64,000 bases of DNA from Candidatus Komeilibacteria bacterium (GTDB lineage Bacteria; Patescibacteriota; Patescibacteriia; UBA1558; 2-01-FULL-52-15): assembly GCA_043801745.1 (NCBI GenBank), contig JAZDLR010000016.1, positions 1,535 to 65,534 of the forward strand, read 5' to 3'. Of the stretch, positions 48,531 to 57,334 are shown piece by piece (the first letter of the stretch is position 1; each line of letters begins with the position of its first letter). Below the pieces are notes generated by a model. It saw only the letters and a program-made list of their open reading frames with translations, had not been told where the DNA came from and searched no databases. The translations under genes and the position numbers were made by a program.

Positions 48531-51362
48531 ATGCCCATTTCTCCGCTTCGCCCAGCCTTTCAAACCAAACCCCTAGGATCCACTAATTTCCCTCGGTCTC
48601 CCCGACACCACCGAGGTGGTTTTTGGCGTATCTTTTGGCAACGTATTATACCAATAATTATTCTCTTAACTCTAGTTGGTGGAATTTTTGTGGTTGGTGC
48701 TTTTGTTTGGTATTCGCATGATTTACCAGACCCCAATAAACTAATTGACCGTAGCGTAGCCCAGAGCACAAAAATTTATGATCGCACTGGAGAGCATTTG
48801 CTTTATGAAATCCATGGCACTCAAAGGCGCACCCTAGTTAATCTTGATCAGATTCCTAAATATGCGGTTGAGGCAACTATTGCCATTGAGGACAAAACCT
48901 TTTATGAACACCGGGGCTACAATGTGGCGCGTATTATCAAATCATTATTAATAAATGTTTTAACTGGCCAAAAAGCTCAGGGCGGCTCTACGCTAACACA
49001 ACAATTGGTCAAGAACGCTATCTTAACCACCGAAAAGGCGTATTCCCGAAAAATTAAAGAGTTGGTGCTTTCTTACCGCATAGAACAAAAATTCACCAAG
49101 GATGAAATCTTAAAATTATACTTCAACGAAATCCCTTACGGTTCCACGGCCTATGGTATCGAATCGGCTAGTGGTATCTATTTTGGCAAGTCGGCTAAAG
49201 ATTTAACCCTGGCCGAAGCGGCCGTATTAGCCGCTCTACCTCAAGCTCCGAGCTTCTACTCTCCCTATGGCTCACATAAAGACCAGCTGCTAGAGCGTCA
49301 GCGTTTGGTTTTAAAATTAATGCGGGAGCAGGGATATATTACGGCTGATCAGGAGCGGGCCGCCGCTTCAGAACAGGTTGTTTTTAAAACTAAACGTGAA
49401 GATATTACTGCGCCACACTTTGTCTTTATAGTTAAGGCCGAGCTGGCAGAAAAATACGGCGACCGGATGGTGGAACAGGGTGGTTTAAAAATCACCACAA
49501 CCCTTGATTGGGAGAAACAACAATTAGCCGATGAAACCGTGCAGCAAATTGGCTCTCAGCTGCAAACCAAGTATGGAGCCAACAATGCCAGCTTAGTAAC
49601 AATCGATGTGGTCAGTGGTGATGTCTTGGCTTTGGTTGGATCACGGGATTACTTCGACGACTCTATTGATGGCCAAGTTAACGTAGCGATCCAACCGCGT
49701 CAACCAGGAAGCTCACTCAAGCCTTTTGTTTACGCTCAATTATTTACCAAGGGATTTGGCCCGTCTTCATTACTATTTGACCTAGTAACCTCTTTTGGTT
49801 CTAATGGTGCTGGCGGCGAATACAAACCCCATAATTACGACGGTAAAGAGTATGGTCCGGTTTCTATCCGCCAAGCTTTAGCTGGTTCTCTTAACATTCC
49901 AGCTGTTAAAGCTCTTTACTTGGCTGACCCAGTTAAAGTAATCGAACTGTTAAAAAACTTTGGTTACACCAGCTTTACCGACGCTTCCCGCTATGGCCTG
50001 TCCTTGGTTTTGGGCGGCGGAGAAGTGGAGCTGATAGAGCATACCAATGGCTACGCTGCCCTGGCGCGCGAAGGGGTCTATCAAAAATATTATGATGTTT
50101 TAAAAGTTGAAGATTCAACCGGTCGGGTGTTAGAAGAGAAAGAACAACCCGAACAAAAAAGAATTCTGGAAGCGCAAGTCGTCCGCGAAATTACCAACAT
50201 TCTGTCTGACAATGATGCCCGCGCCTATATTTTTGGTGTGAATAACAATTTAACCCTTGGCGGACGTCCAGTAGCAGCTAAATCCGGAACTACCAACGAC
50301 TATAAAGACTCTTGGCTTATGGGCTATACGCCGCAGTTAGTCACCGGTGTCTGGGTGGGTAATAATAATAATAAGCCCATGAACCAGGCTACTGGTGCCA
50401 ACGCTGCCGGTCCTATCTGGCAAAGCTACATGGCTAAAATTCTAGCCGCTTATCCGGCTGTCGGCTTCACGGCTCCTGAAACAACCGTTTGCGATAAAAT
50501 AATGATTTGCGGCCAATTGGCGCGCGAAGTAACGATTCCTGTTGACCGCGTAACTGGGCAACCGGCCACAGCGGCCACTCCACCGGAAAACATCGAACAG
50601 CGTACCGTTAAAGAGGTTCATGATATCTTACAATACGCAGACAAAAATGATCCGCTCAACCCCTCATATCCGGCCCATCCAGAACAAGATCCTCAGTATG
50701 AAAACTGGGAGGCGCCGGTGCGTAAGTGGGCCCAAACTAATGGTTACGTTAGTAGTCTGCCCAACCAGGGAGTTAATGACCGAATTAAAATCAGTTGGGT
50801 AGAGCCCAGTAATAATGACCAGCTCTCGGGACAGTCAATTCATTTGGCTGTAGGCGCCGACGCTCCTGATGGAATAAGCCGCGCGGATTATTATTTGAAT
50901 AATCAATTTTTAGGCAGCTCATCCAAGCCGCCGTTTGATATTACAGTTAGTCAACAAGCTTCTTGGCCTTCCGGCACTCAATCGTTACGCGCTATTGTCT
51001 ATGATTCTATCGGGGCCAGTAACTCTGCTTCTTTAACGGTTAATATTAGCCAGATGATTATTACTGCGCCAAAAATACAATGGACCAGTCCGCAAAATTA
51101 TACAGTCTATACCACTGAAACTTGGCCCAAGACCATTTCCGCCACACTGGATTCAATCAGCACAGTGGCCAAAATAGATTTCTACTACGTCTTTGGTGAC
51201 CAGACTAATTTTGCCGGCGTTATTGACAAACCCACCTCACCAGTAATTAGTATTCCGTTAAAACAGAATGGCCCCAAGGGAAACTATAAATTCTATTTAA
51301 TTACTACTGACAGCGCTGGCGGAGTACATACCAGCGACAGTATTTCGGCTACTCTTCAATAA
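48531..51362 (+). CDS. Class A penicillin-binding protein (PBP1A) with C-terminal Ig-like domains
   Basis: EDKTF, GGSTLTQQ, RKIKE, GSSLKP (SxxK), SLN, KSGT. Confidence 0.93.
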   Translation: MPISPLRPAFQTKPLGSTNFPRSPRHHRGGFWRIFWQRIIPIIILLTLVGGIFVVGAFVWYSHDLPDPNKLIDRSVAQSTKIYDRTGEHLLYEIHGTQRRTLVNLDQIPKYAVEATIAIEDKTFYEHRGYNVARIIKSLLINVLTGQKAQGGSTLTQQLVKNAILTTEKAYSRKIKELVLSYRIEQKFTKDEILKLYFNEIPYGSTAYGIESASGIYFGKSAKDLTLAEAAVLAALPQAPSFYSPYGSHKDQLLERQRLVLKLMREQGYITADQERAAASEQVVFKTKREDITAPHFVFIVKAELAEKYGDRMVEQGGLKITTTLDWEKQQLADETVQQIGSQLQTKYGANNASLVTIDVVSGDVLALVGSRDYFDDSIDGQVNVAIQPRQPGSSLKPFVYAQLFTKGFGPSSLLFDLVTSFGSNGAGGEYKPHNYDGKEYGPVSIRQALAGSLNIPAVKALYLADPVKVIELLKNFGYTSFTDASRYGLSLVLGGGEVELIEHTNGYAALAREGVYQKYYDVLKVEDSTGRVLEEKEQPEQKRILEAQVVREITNILSDNDARAYIFGVNNNLTLGGRPVAAKSGTTNDYKDSWLMGYTPQLVTGVWVGNNNNKPMNQATGANAAGPIWQSYMAKILAAYPAVGFTAPETTVCDKIMICGQLAREVTIPVDRVTGQPATAATPPENIEQRTVKEVHDILQYADKNDPLNPSYPAHPEQDPQYENWEAPVRKWAQTNGYVSSLPNQGVNDRIKISWVEPSNNDQLSGQSIHLAVGADAPDGISRADYYLNNQFLGSSSKPPFDITVSQQASWPSGTQSLRAIVYDSIGASNSASLTVNISQMIITAPKIQWTSPQNYTVYTTETWPKTISATLDSISTVAKIDFYYVFGDQTNFAGVIDKPTSPVISIPLKQNGPKGNYKFYLITTDSAGGVHTSDSISATLQ

Positions 51363-51374
51363 ATTATTACCTGG

Positions 51375-51409
51375 AAAAGAAAAAGCCCCCGCGAGTAATT
51401 GCGAGGGCC
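51375..51409. terminator. Terminator for the minus-strand tRNA-like operon / convergent PBP
   Basis: aaaagaaaaa-gcccccgcga-gtaa-ttgcgagggc. Confidence 0.65.
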
Positions 51410-51413
51410 AGGT

Positions 51414-51529
51414 TGGTGGAACCGGCCGGATTTGCCGCGCCCCGCTGCCTAGCGTCAGCTATGGCGGCCGGGGAACCGACGATCTCCCTGGGGTCAACCA
51501 GAGCGCCTTAAACACTTGGCCACGGTTCC
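51414..51529 (-). tRNA. tRNA-like gene: 8-nt anticodon loop (GAC-containing) and 39-nt insert in the T-loop
   Basis: GGAACCG/CGGTTCC-ACCA, D-arm GCC..GGC, GTCGG-TTC[39 nt]AAAT-CCGGC. Confidence 0.7.
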
Positions 51530-51547
51530 GATATCACGGAAATAAGT

Positions 51548-51651
51548 TGGAGCGGGTGATGGGATTCGAACCCACGACGTCTTCCCGAGGTAAGAGGCAG
51601 ATCACACATACCCCGCCAGAAGAAAGCGCCCTACCTCTGGGCCACACCCGC
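51548..51651 (-). tRNA. tRNA-like gene with Gly-type acceptor and 36-nt anticodon loop
   Basis: GCGGGTG/CACCCGC-TCCA, GCCC-AGAGGTA-GGGC, GTGGG-TTCGAAT-CCCAT. Confidence 0.75.
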
Positions 51652-51666
51652 TCTAAAAGAACGAAT

Positions 51667-51743
51667 TGGAGTAGCCAACCGGACTCGAACCGGCAACCTC
51701 CTCACCGAAGGGGTGAGCCGCTCTACCTTTGAGCTATGGCAAC
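51667..51743 (-). tRNA. tRNA-like gene with extended anticodon stem and no U33
   Basis: GTTGCCA/TGGCTAC-TCCA, GCTC-AAAGGTA-GAGC, CTCAC-CCCTTCG-GTGAG, GCCGG-TTCGAGT-CCGGT. Confidence 0.7.
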
Positions 51744-51754
51744 ATCTTGTCTTG

Positions 51755-51784
51755 CCGCCCACCGGGCGGTCGCCCTGTGGGCGA
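51755..51784. repeat. Double-hairpin 30-bp element
   Basis: ccgcccaccgggcgg-tcgccctgtgggcga. Confidence 0.85.
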
Positions 51785-51849
51785 AGCTATGGCAACAAAA
51801 AATATCTCTGAAGCCTACCCGCCTATGGTGGGCAGCGACACGAATATAG

Positions 51850-51933
51850 ATATTAATACAACTCAAAATCAGTGTCAATTACTATTACTTGACATTATCT
51901 TAATAATATGATAAAAAATAATGTTCTTTGAAA
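51850..51933. promoter_or_regulatory. Back-to-back sigma70 promoters plus boxA-like site
   Basis: tgtcaa(51873-78)-10 nt-ttgaca(51889-94); -10 TAATAT (minus) and TAAAAA (plus) at 17 nt; tgttctttgaaa at 51922. Confidence 0.65.
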
Positions 51934-52029
51934 TCATGGGCCTGTTATGGCCTTGTATATATAGAACTCCATACGGAGGTTGCCGACAACGCGTCGGCAT
52001 AGACACAAAACCGCCATGAACCGAGGAGG

Positions 52030-52428
52030 ATGAGTATCGTGGCTAGCAAAACCCTGTATGGAAAGGTGGGGGTGACGCGGCCTAACGAGCCAACACTAAT
52101 AGTGACCACCTTTCGCCTTCACATTGGTGAGGTAGTGAAAAGGCTAGGTCTCTACCCCTCTCCTAACGGGAACGAGTATGTCGTCGACCAACTGCGCGAT
52201 GGCTTGGAGATTAGGATGCCTTCGTCGGCTATTCTTTTTCTCTGCACCATACCAACTCCCTGCGTTATCTATGAGCGTGAGATTTATCTAGGAAAGGATC
52301 ACGGGGAGTCGGGCCCATTCCTCTTGAAAGAGGGCGCACGTTTCATGCGAGGCAACACGAACGACCTCTTCGTGGAAGCTCTTTCATCCTTTTTGCAAGC
52401 TACCACCCCGGACATCAATAACGCTTAG
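52030..52428 (+). CDS. Hypothetical protein
   Basis: GAGGAGG immediately upstream; 132 aa. Confidence 0.5.
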   Translation: MSIVASKTLYGKVGVTRPNEPTLIVTTFRLHIGEVVKRLGLYPSPNGNEYVVDQLRDGLEIRMPSSAILFLCTIPTPCVIYEREIYLGKDHGESGPFLLKEGARFMRGNTNDLFVEALSSFLQATTPDINNA

Positions 52429-52477
52429 CGGGCCGAAACCTACCCACCCAAACACAGACATACGACTGGAGGATCTT

Positions 52478-52717
52478 ATGATTTTCGTAGAATTCACCCC
52501 CAAAGAGACTTCTCCCATGAGGCGCAAATACTTTTTCGTCGGCGCCAGTTTGGAGGACGTCCTCGCGGACACAAGCGGTGGTACGGAATTTGGATTCGTC
52601 ACCTTCGCCTCTCACCGCGAGATTTCCGAGGAAGAAGCTCGCAGCCTGAAGCTGGGCTACCTGGACAAGGGCATTCAGGCCGTGAAGAACGGCTGCAAGA
52701 GCTACATGCTGGACTAG
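52478..52717 (+). CDS. Hypothetical protein
   Basis: GGAGG SD, C/G-ending codons. Confidence 0.55.
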   Translation: MIFVEFTPKETSPMRRKYFFVGASLEDVLADTSGGTEFGFVTFASHREISEEEARSLKLGYLDKGIQAVKNGCKSYMLD

Positions 52718-52778
52718 GCTTTTAGCGCGCAGACAACTGCGCACACGATCACTAGACCCCCACAGGAGGTAGCAACAC

Positions 52779-53438
52779 ATGAAACGGATCATTCTGATCG
52801 CTCTGCTTGCCTGTCTGTTCGTGATCCCGACGTTCACCACCGTCTGCCTGGCTGCAGATCAGCCGGCAGTCAACACCACCTCCACCGGCCTCACCCCCGA
52901 GGACATCGCGCAGCTGCAGAAGAACGTGACGGCGTTTGCGAAGGTCCTGGGTTTGGCTGACACCACCACCGCCAAGTCCGGGACTCGGCTGTCAATGGCC
53001 GATGTGGCTGACAAGTTCCTGGAGTACTCCAAGGCGGCCATTCTGGCGACTGTCGGTACCATCGAGAAGGTTGCTCCACATGTTTGGGCTGTGTTGGTAC
53101 GACAGCAATACGCCAAAGCTTTCTCTTCGTTGGCAGCCCCAGTCTTCATCTTCATCTTCCTGTTGCTCTTTCGACTGTGGGTCGTGAGGAAGAGGAAGAG
53201 CGTCACTGCGACAGAAAACGACGTACTCGTTGTAGTGAACGGCAACCTCGATCCAGTCGAGATCAAACTGACCGGTTTGGGTCAGTGGGCCAACGTCCTG
53301 GCGCTTCTTGGAATGGTCACTGCAGCCCTGTTCGTGGCAGCACGGATTGCGCCGGCAGTCAGACTCCTGGTCAACCCCGAGTACTATGCGCTCCGCGACC
53401 TCATTCTCCTGCTCCTGAACAAGGGCCAGGGGATGTAG
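52779..53438 (+). CDS. Signal-peptide membrane protein, phage-like
   Basis: AGGAGGT SD; W.VLVRQQ and terminal NPEYYAL; high GC3; hairpin at about 53468-53497. Confidence 0.7.
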   Translation: MKRIILIALLACLFVIPTFTTVCLAADQPAVNTTSTGLTPEDIAQLQKNVTAFAKVLGLADTTTAKSGTRLSMADVADKFLEYSKAAILATVGTIEKVAPHVWAVLVRQQYAKAFSSLAAPVFIFIFLLLFRLWVVRKRKSVTATENDVLVVVNGNLDPVEIKLTGLGQWANVLALLGMVTAALFVAARIAPAVRLLVNPEYYALRDLILLLLNKGQGM

Positions 53439-53526
53439 GTCCTCAACATCCACCACGGACAACAACAAACGCCGGTCGCGCTCTGCGGCCGGCGTCTATT
53501 TTATACTTTAATATCCTACCCAACTA

Positions 53527-54810
53527 CTAATACATTATCCTGGGCGGATAGATATTTATTCCTGATTTAAACAGAACCAAATAGAAAATCAGGAAAACCA
53601 AATACCAGATAAGTTCCGCCACAATGATCGCCAGGAATGATTTCCAGCCGTGCTTTATGGCCACAATAATGGCCAGCCCAAAAACAAAGAAGACATAAAG
53701 CAGGATAACAATAATAAAAGCAATAATACTAAACGCCGTATCACTACTTAAGGAGTAAAAGAAGTTCTGCTTGGTTAGATATTGAAACCCATAGGTGATT
53801 ATAACTACCGCCAAAGCCGATATAAAACCTAAAACTGCGTGCAAGGGATCAACAATACTTAGCGTTTCATTTTTCGACGGCGTTGCTTCAGTTGAAGTTG
53901 AGGCGTTCTTTCTTTTTTTTGATCTACGTGTCAAGAAAAATAACAACAGAAAGATGACAATTATAATACCAATAGTCCAAAGAATGCCGGACAGATAAAG
54001 CCGAAACCAATTGGTAGAATATTCTCCCTTTACAACAAACGATTCATTGGCAGCCAAGTTCTTCGCCTGTTTCATTAGGGCACCATAGGAGCCGATCTGA
54101 CTTACACTGCGGTCTAGTTCGGCGCTGGGAAGTCCGGCTAATTTAGCCGGGGAGGCGGTATCAGAGTTTGATACGGTGCCATAATTGACGTTAGCTTGTT
54201 TTCCTTTGAGCAACAGGTCACTATCAACATCAACACTGACATTTATTGTTTCGATTCTGGCTGGAACTTTAATGGTTTCAAATCTGAATTTCTGTAGTCC
54301 TAAAAAATTTGTCACATAGCCCTTAGCAGCATAAGCAATAACTAGGGCACCGGATTTAGACGGAGCAATTGGGGTGGGGAAAGTTAATTTATAGCTATTT
54401 CCTTCTTTGGTGTATTTTACCTTTTGATAACTACTGGCCTGACTACCACCCTTATAGGCAACATCATAACCAACTCCGGCCGAGTATGCGGCATAATTGG
54501 GATCACCATACTCCAGGCAAGGTTGTGTTGGATTGTTGTAATCCGCCCGCAGACAAGGCCGAGGAAGTTGCTGCTGAATAATAACCATTTCTGACGGGGT
54601 CACACCCGGTATCTCAAAACTAAAATCAGTCATCGGTGTGTCTTGAGAATTGGTAATAGCAATCTTGGCGTAAACAATCGCCTCGCCATTGCCGCGAAAA
54701 ACCACACTATAATAATGACTTTGTCCAAAAAGAAGCTCCGACTGTGCCGACGCTCCGAAAGAAAATAGGATCAATAATAAAGGTATAATTTCTCTGATGA
54801 TTTTTTTCAT
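53527..54810 (-). CDS. Secreted domain plus 4-TM hypothetical protein
   Basis: Signal peptide, C-terminal TM bundle. Confidence 0.75.
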   Translation of the reverse strand: MKKIIREIIPLLLILFSFGASAQSELLFGQSHYYSVVFRGNGEAIVYAKIAITNSQDTPMTDFSFEIPGVTPSEMVIIQQQLPRPCLRADYNNPTQPCLEYGDPNYAAYSAGVGYDVAYKGGSQASSYQKVKYTKEGNSYKLTFPTPIAPSKSGALVIAYAAKGYVTNFLGLQKFRFETIKVPARIETINVSVDVDSDLLLKGKQANVNYGTVSNSDTASPAKLAGLPSAELDRSVSQIGSYGALMKQAKNLAANESFVVKGEYSTNWFRLYLSGILWTIGIIIVIFLLLFFLTRRSKKRKNASTSTEATPSKNETLSIVDPLHAVLGFISALAVVIITYGFQYLTKQNFFYSLSSDTAFSIIAFIIVILLYVFFVFGLAIIVAIKHGWKSFLAIIVAELIWYLVFLIFYLVLFKSGINIYPPRIMY

Positions 54811-54884
54811 ATTTTTATAGATTAATGACTAGGTATAGTATAGCAATTCTGAAGATTTTAGTCCCGATCTATCAGAAGAACCCC

Positions 54885-55148
54885 CTATTCAAATTCAATA
54901 ATGTACATTCCTTTTTGTTCCAGCTCCTCTACTGTCCAGTACTTAGTCGGACTATTGTGCTTGGTTACTCCTTTAACAGTCCTAATATATTCCCGTCCGG
55001 TATATTCTTTGGTCTTTGGGTCCCATTCTCTAAACCTAATTTGGTCTCCTTCTTCTAGATCAAAATCGGCCAGCCGAAAATCAACTGGCGACTTCTGATC
55101 TTTATCAAACATCTCTGGCCAAATTTTTTTATCGATAGTTCTCATCAA
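54885..55148 (-). CDS. ASCH/DUF3850 domain protein
   Basis: KKIWPEMF, FRLADFD...GD.I.FREWD....YTGR. Confidence 0.8.
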   Translation of the reverse strand: MMRTIDKKIWPEMFDKDQKSPVDFRLADFDLEEGDQIRFREWDPKTKEYTGREYIRTVKGVTKHNSPTKYWTVEELEQKGMYIIEFE

Positions 55149-55166
55149 AATTAAGCTTGGCCCGTC

Positions 55167-56906
55167 TTACATCTCAAAATAAGATTCCTTAATACCTTGG
55201 GTCATGTCCAGTCCCAGTTTCTGAATAACCGACCTCACCTTATCTTCGTTGGCCCCTTTGTTGGTGGATCTAATTTCAACAAAGCTACCCAAATCAACTT
55301 CTTGACCATCTTCGTTTTTGGACACCCTGTCAGCAGATAATGTAACTCCGTCAAGCTGATATAGTGTTCTCTCCTTGGTAATCGTTTTTTTCTTACTGCC
55401 ATAAATATCCAAAAAGGCTGCTTCTGTTTCGGCGTCAATAGCAAATTCAAATTTGGGCCGCTCTCTAAATTCTGACTCTACTTTAGGTCCTTTATAGGTT
55501 AACATAATCTCCTCTCCCTCTTGCCTAATTCTTAAAATTTCCCCGGTCTTCATTAAATCTCGATCTTTGGGATTATAATAATTATCCACTTGCCTGGTGG
55601 TGCCGAGTTTTTCGCCGCCCAATCTTCTTATTTTATCTTGATCCAAATTACTCTTAAATTTAAGTTGCACTTCGTGTAAACCGGAGCGCTCCGCCTCTAC
55701 TTCAGGGTTGTATTCATTATTAATTATTAAGTCAGCATTTTTTCTGGTGCTTTCTATATATTTGTCATGCATCGGTTCGACAACTTGGGAAAAATATTTA
55801 AGAATATCCGCTGGTTTCTGTCCGGTTCTCTCAACGTCTCTCAATAAACGCCTGACAATCCGTCCGTGAGTGCCGATATCAATGAAGGCTTTAACGTCGC
55901 CAACGTCTTTTACTGTGTCATCTAAAACAAACAGGCCTTCAGCAATAATTATTTTCTTAGGCTTAACGGTTTCTGTGCCGGTTACTTCAGCCGTTTTAAA
56001 ATCGTAGCTTGGTTTGGCAATTTCTTGGCCGCGTTTAAGTTGTTCCAGATGTTCGCGAAACAACGGTAGATTGATAGCCTCTGGTTGGTCCCAGTTTAAT
56101 ACGTTTCCTTTCTTGGCCTCAGCTATCATAAATGGCTTACCGCGGTAATAATCATCAGCGGAAAGTATCATGGCCTCTTCACCGAAAATTCTTTTTATGG
56201 TATCAGCTATGGCGCTGGTTTTACCCGAAGCTGATCCACCAGCTATTTCAACAACTACATTTCCCTCGCTTTGGGCCTCCCTCTCCTTAATAAGCTCAAC
56301 CAGTCTGACCAGGCCCTCTTCTTTGTTAAATTCAGGAATCTCCAACCTTTCTTTGGCTGGTCCCTGGGTCTGGTCCTTAATTTTTGGTCTTCCCTGAACG
56401 GCCAAGTTTTGGTTCTTATATCTTTTGTCATTAGAAACATCTGAACCAAGCCAATCGGGCGGAACAAACTTATCACACTCTTCTAGGGTAGCGAACTCTT
56501 TTTCAACCGTTATTAGTCCGGTAAGATCTCCGCCGTAAATATCCAATTCTAAAACTCCCCCCTCGTGAGGTATATAATAACGTGTTTTTATGATTCTCTT
56601 ACCTTCGGTCGCTGACCAGAAAGTCTCGAATTGTTCTTGATTAATTTCGGTTTCTGCCTCGTGTCTTGTTTTTCCGACGCCACTCTTTACTGTTTGAAAA
56701 TATTTCTCTCCTTTTTTCCTCAACCTAACCTCCGTACCATCTTCAGTTATAGCTAAATAGCCCTGAGCGATCTCCTCGTGGGGATATTGCTCCAAATTTT
56801 CTGGTAATTTCTTAATTAAAAATTTCCTCTCAATTTCTAGCGGTTGAGTTTCTTTCTCTTCCTTTCTATCGCCCGGTATTACGCCTTCAATTTTAGGATC
56901 ACTCAT
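55167..56906 (-). CDS. CYTH - uridine kinase - CYTH fusion
   Basis: EIERKFL (CYTH1); IAGGSASGKT, DDYY, AEGL, RRLLRD (UK); EVQLKF, QVDNYY, LRIR, LTYKGP, SYFEM (CYTH2). Confidence 0.85.
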   Translation of the reverse strand: MSDPKIEGVIPGDRKEEKETQPLEIERKFLIKKLPENLEQYPHEEIAQGYLAITEDGTEVRLRKKGEKYFQTVKSGVGKTRHEAETEINQEQFETFWSATEGKRIIKTRYYIPHEGGVLELDIYGGDLTGLITVEKEFATLEECDKFVPPDWLGSDVSNDKRYKNQNLAVQGRPKIKDQTQGPAKERLEIPEFNKEEGLVRLVELIKEREAQSEGNVVVEIAGGSASGKTSAIADTIKRIFGEEAMILSADDYYRGKPFMIAEAKKGNVLNWDQPEAINLPLFREHLEQLKRGQEIAKPSYDFKTAEVTGTETVKPKKIIIAEGLFVLDDTVKDVGDVKAFIDIGTHGRIVRRLLRDVERTGQKPADILKYFSQVVEPMHDKYIESTRKNADLIINNEYNPEVEAERSGLHEVQLKFKSNLDQDKIRRLGGEKLGTTRQVDNYYNPKDRDLMKTGEILRIRQEGEEIMLTYKGPKVESEFRERPKFEFAIDAETEAAFLDIYGSKKKTITKERTLYQLDGVTLSADRVSKNEDGQEVDLGSFVEIRSTNKGANEDKVRSVIQKLGLDMTQGIKESYFEM

Positions 56907-56939
56907 TTTATTTTATTATTTATTCTTATAATGACCGAG

Positions 56940-57290
56940 TTAACTCGTCTCTTTTTCTACCACCAATTTAAGTTTTTCGTTCACCTCTGTGTCTCGCGGC
57001 ATATTCCTGTTTTCAACCTCTAATTGACCCCAAACATTTATATTAATGGCATATATACCAGACCTTGGTCTTAACTCTCGCCTTTTTCCTAAACTCTCCC
57101 GACATACCTCCGGCGATAGACCCTCTCCTTGTGTGCTTAGGGCATCGTATAGCCTTATTCCTAGCTCTATTAATTCCTCTTTTTTACCGGAAATTACATA
57201 CGTAGCTCTACGGGCATCAAACTCAACAGTTAGCGGTTTAACTTCATTCAACTCTTGGCCCGGCCCAACACTATTATCCTCTGTTATCAT
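56940..57290 (-). CDS. Hypothetical protein
   Basis: 116-aa ORF co-oriented with the dnaN run. Confidence 0.55.
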   Translation of the reverse strand: MITEDNSVGPGQELNEVKPLTVEFDARRATYVISGKKEELIELGIRLYDALSTQGEGLSPEVCRESLGKRRELRPRSGIYAININVWGQLEVENRNMPRDTEVNEKLKLVVEKETS

Positions 57291-57334
57291 GCAAATTTAT
57301 TAAACTATTATTATTACCCAAACACTCCGGCAAT

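Noticed and set aside
51434-51621. Group I/II introns in the tRNA-like genes
   Set aside because: The inserts of 39 and 29 nt are far too short for a ribozyme core.
47148-51816. Exact 13-mer atctctgaagcct at 47148 and 51804
   Set aside because: Dozens of 13-mer matches are expected by chance in 64 kb, and this one does not extend.
51547-51911. Plus-strand 60-61 aa ORFs
   Set aside because: They are antisense readings of the tRNA-like genes and their promoter.
52384-53530. Multiple overlapping alternative-frame ORFs
   Set aside because: Expected shadows of GC-rich coding DNA; the SD-led plus-strand ORFs are preferred.
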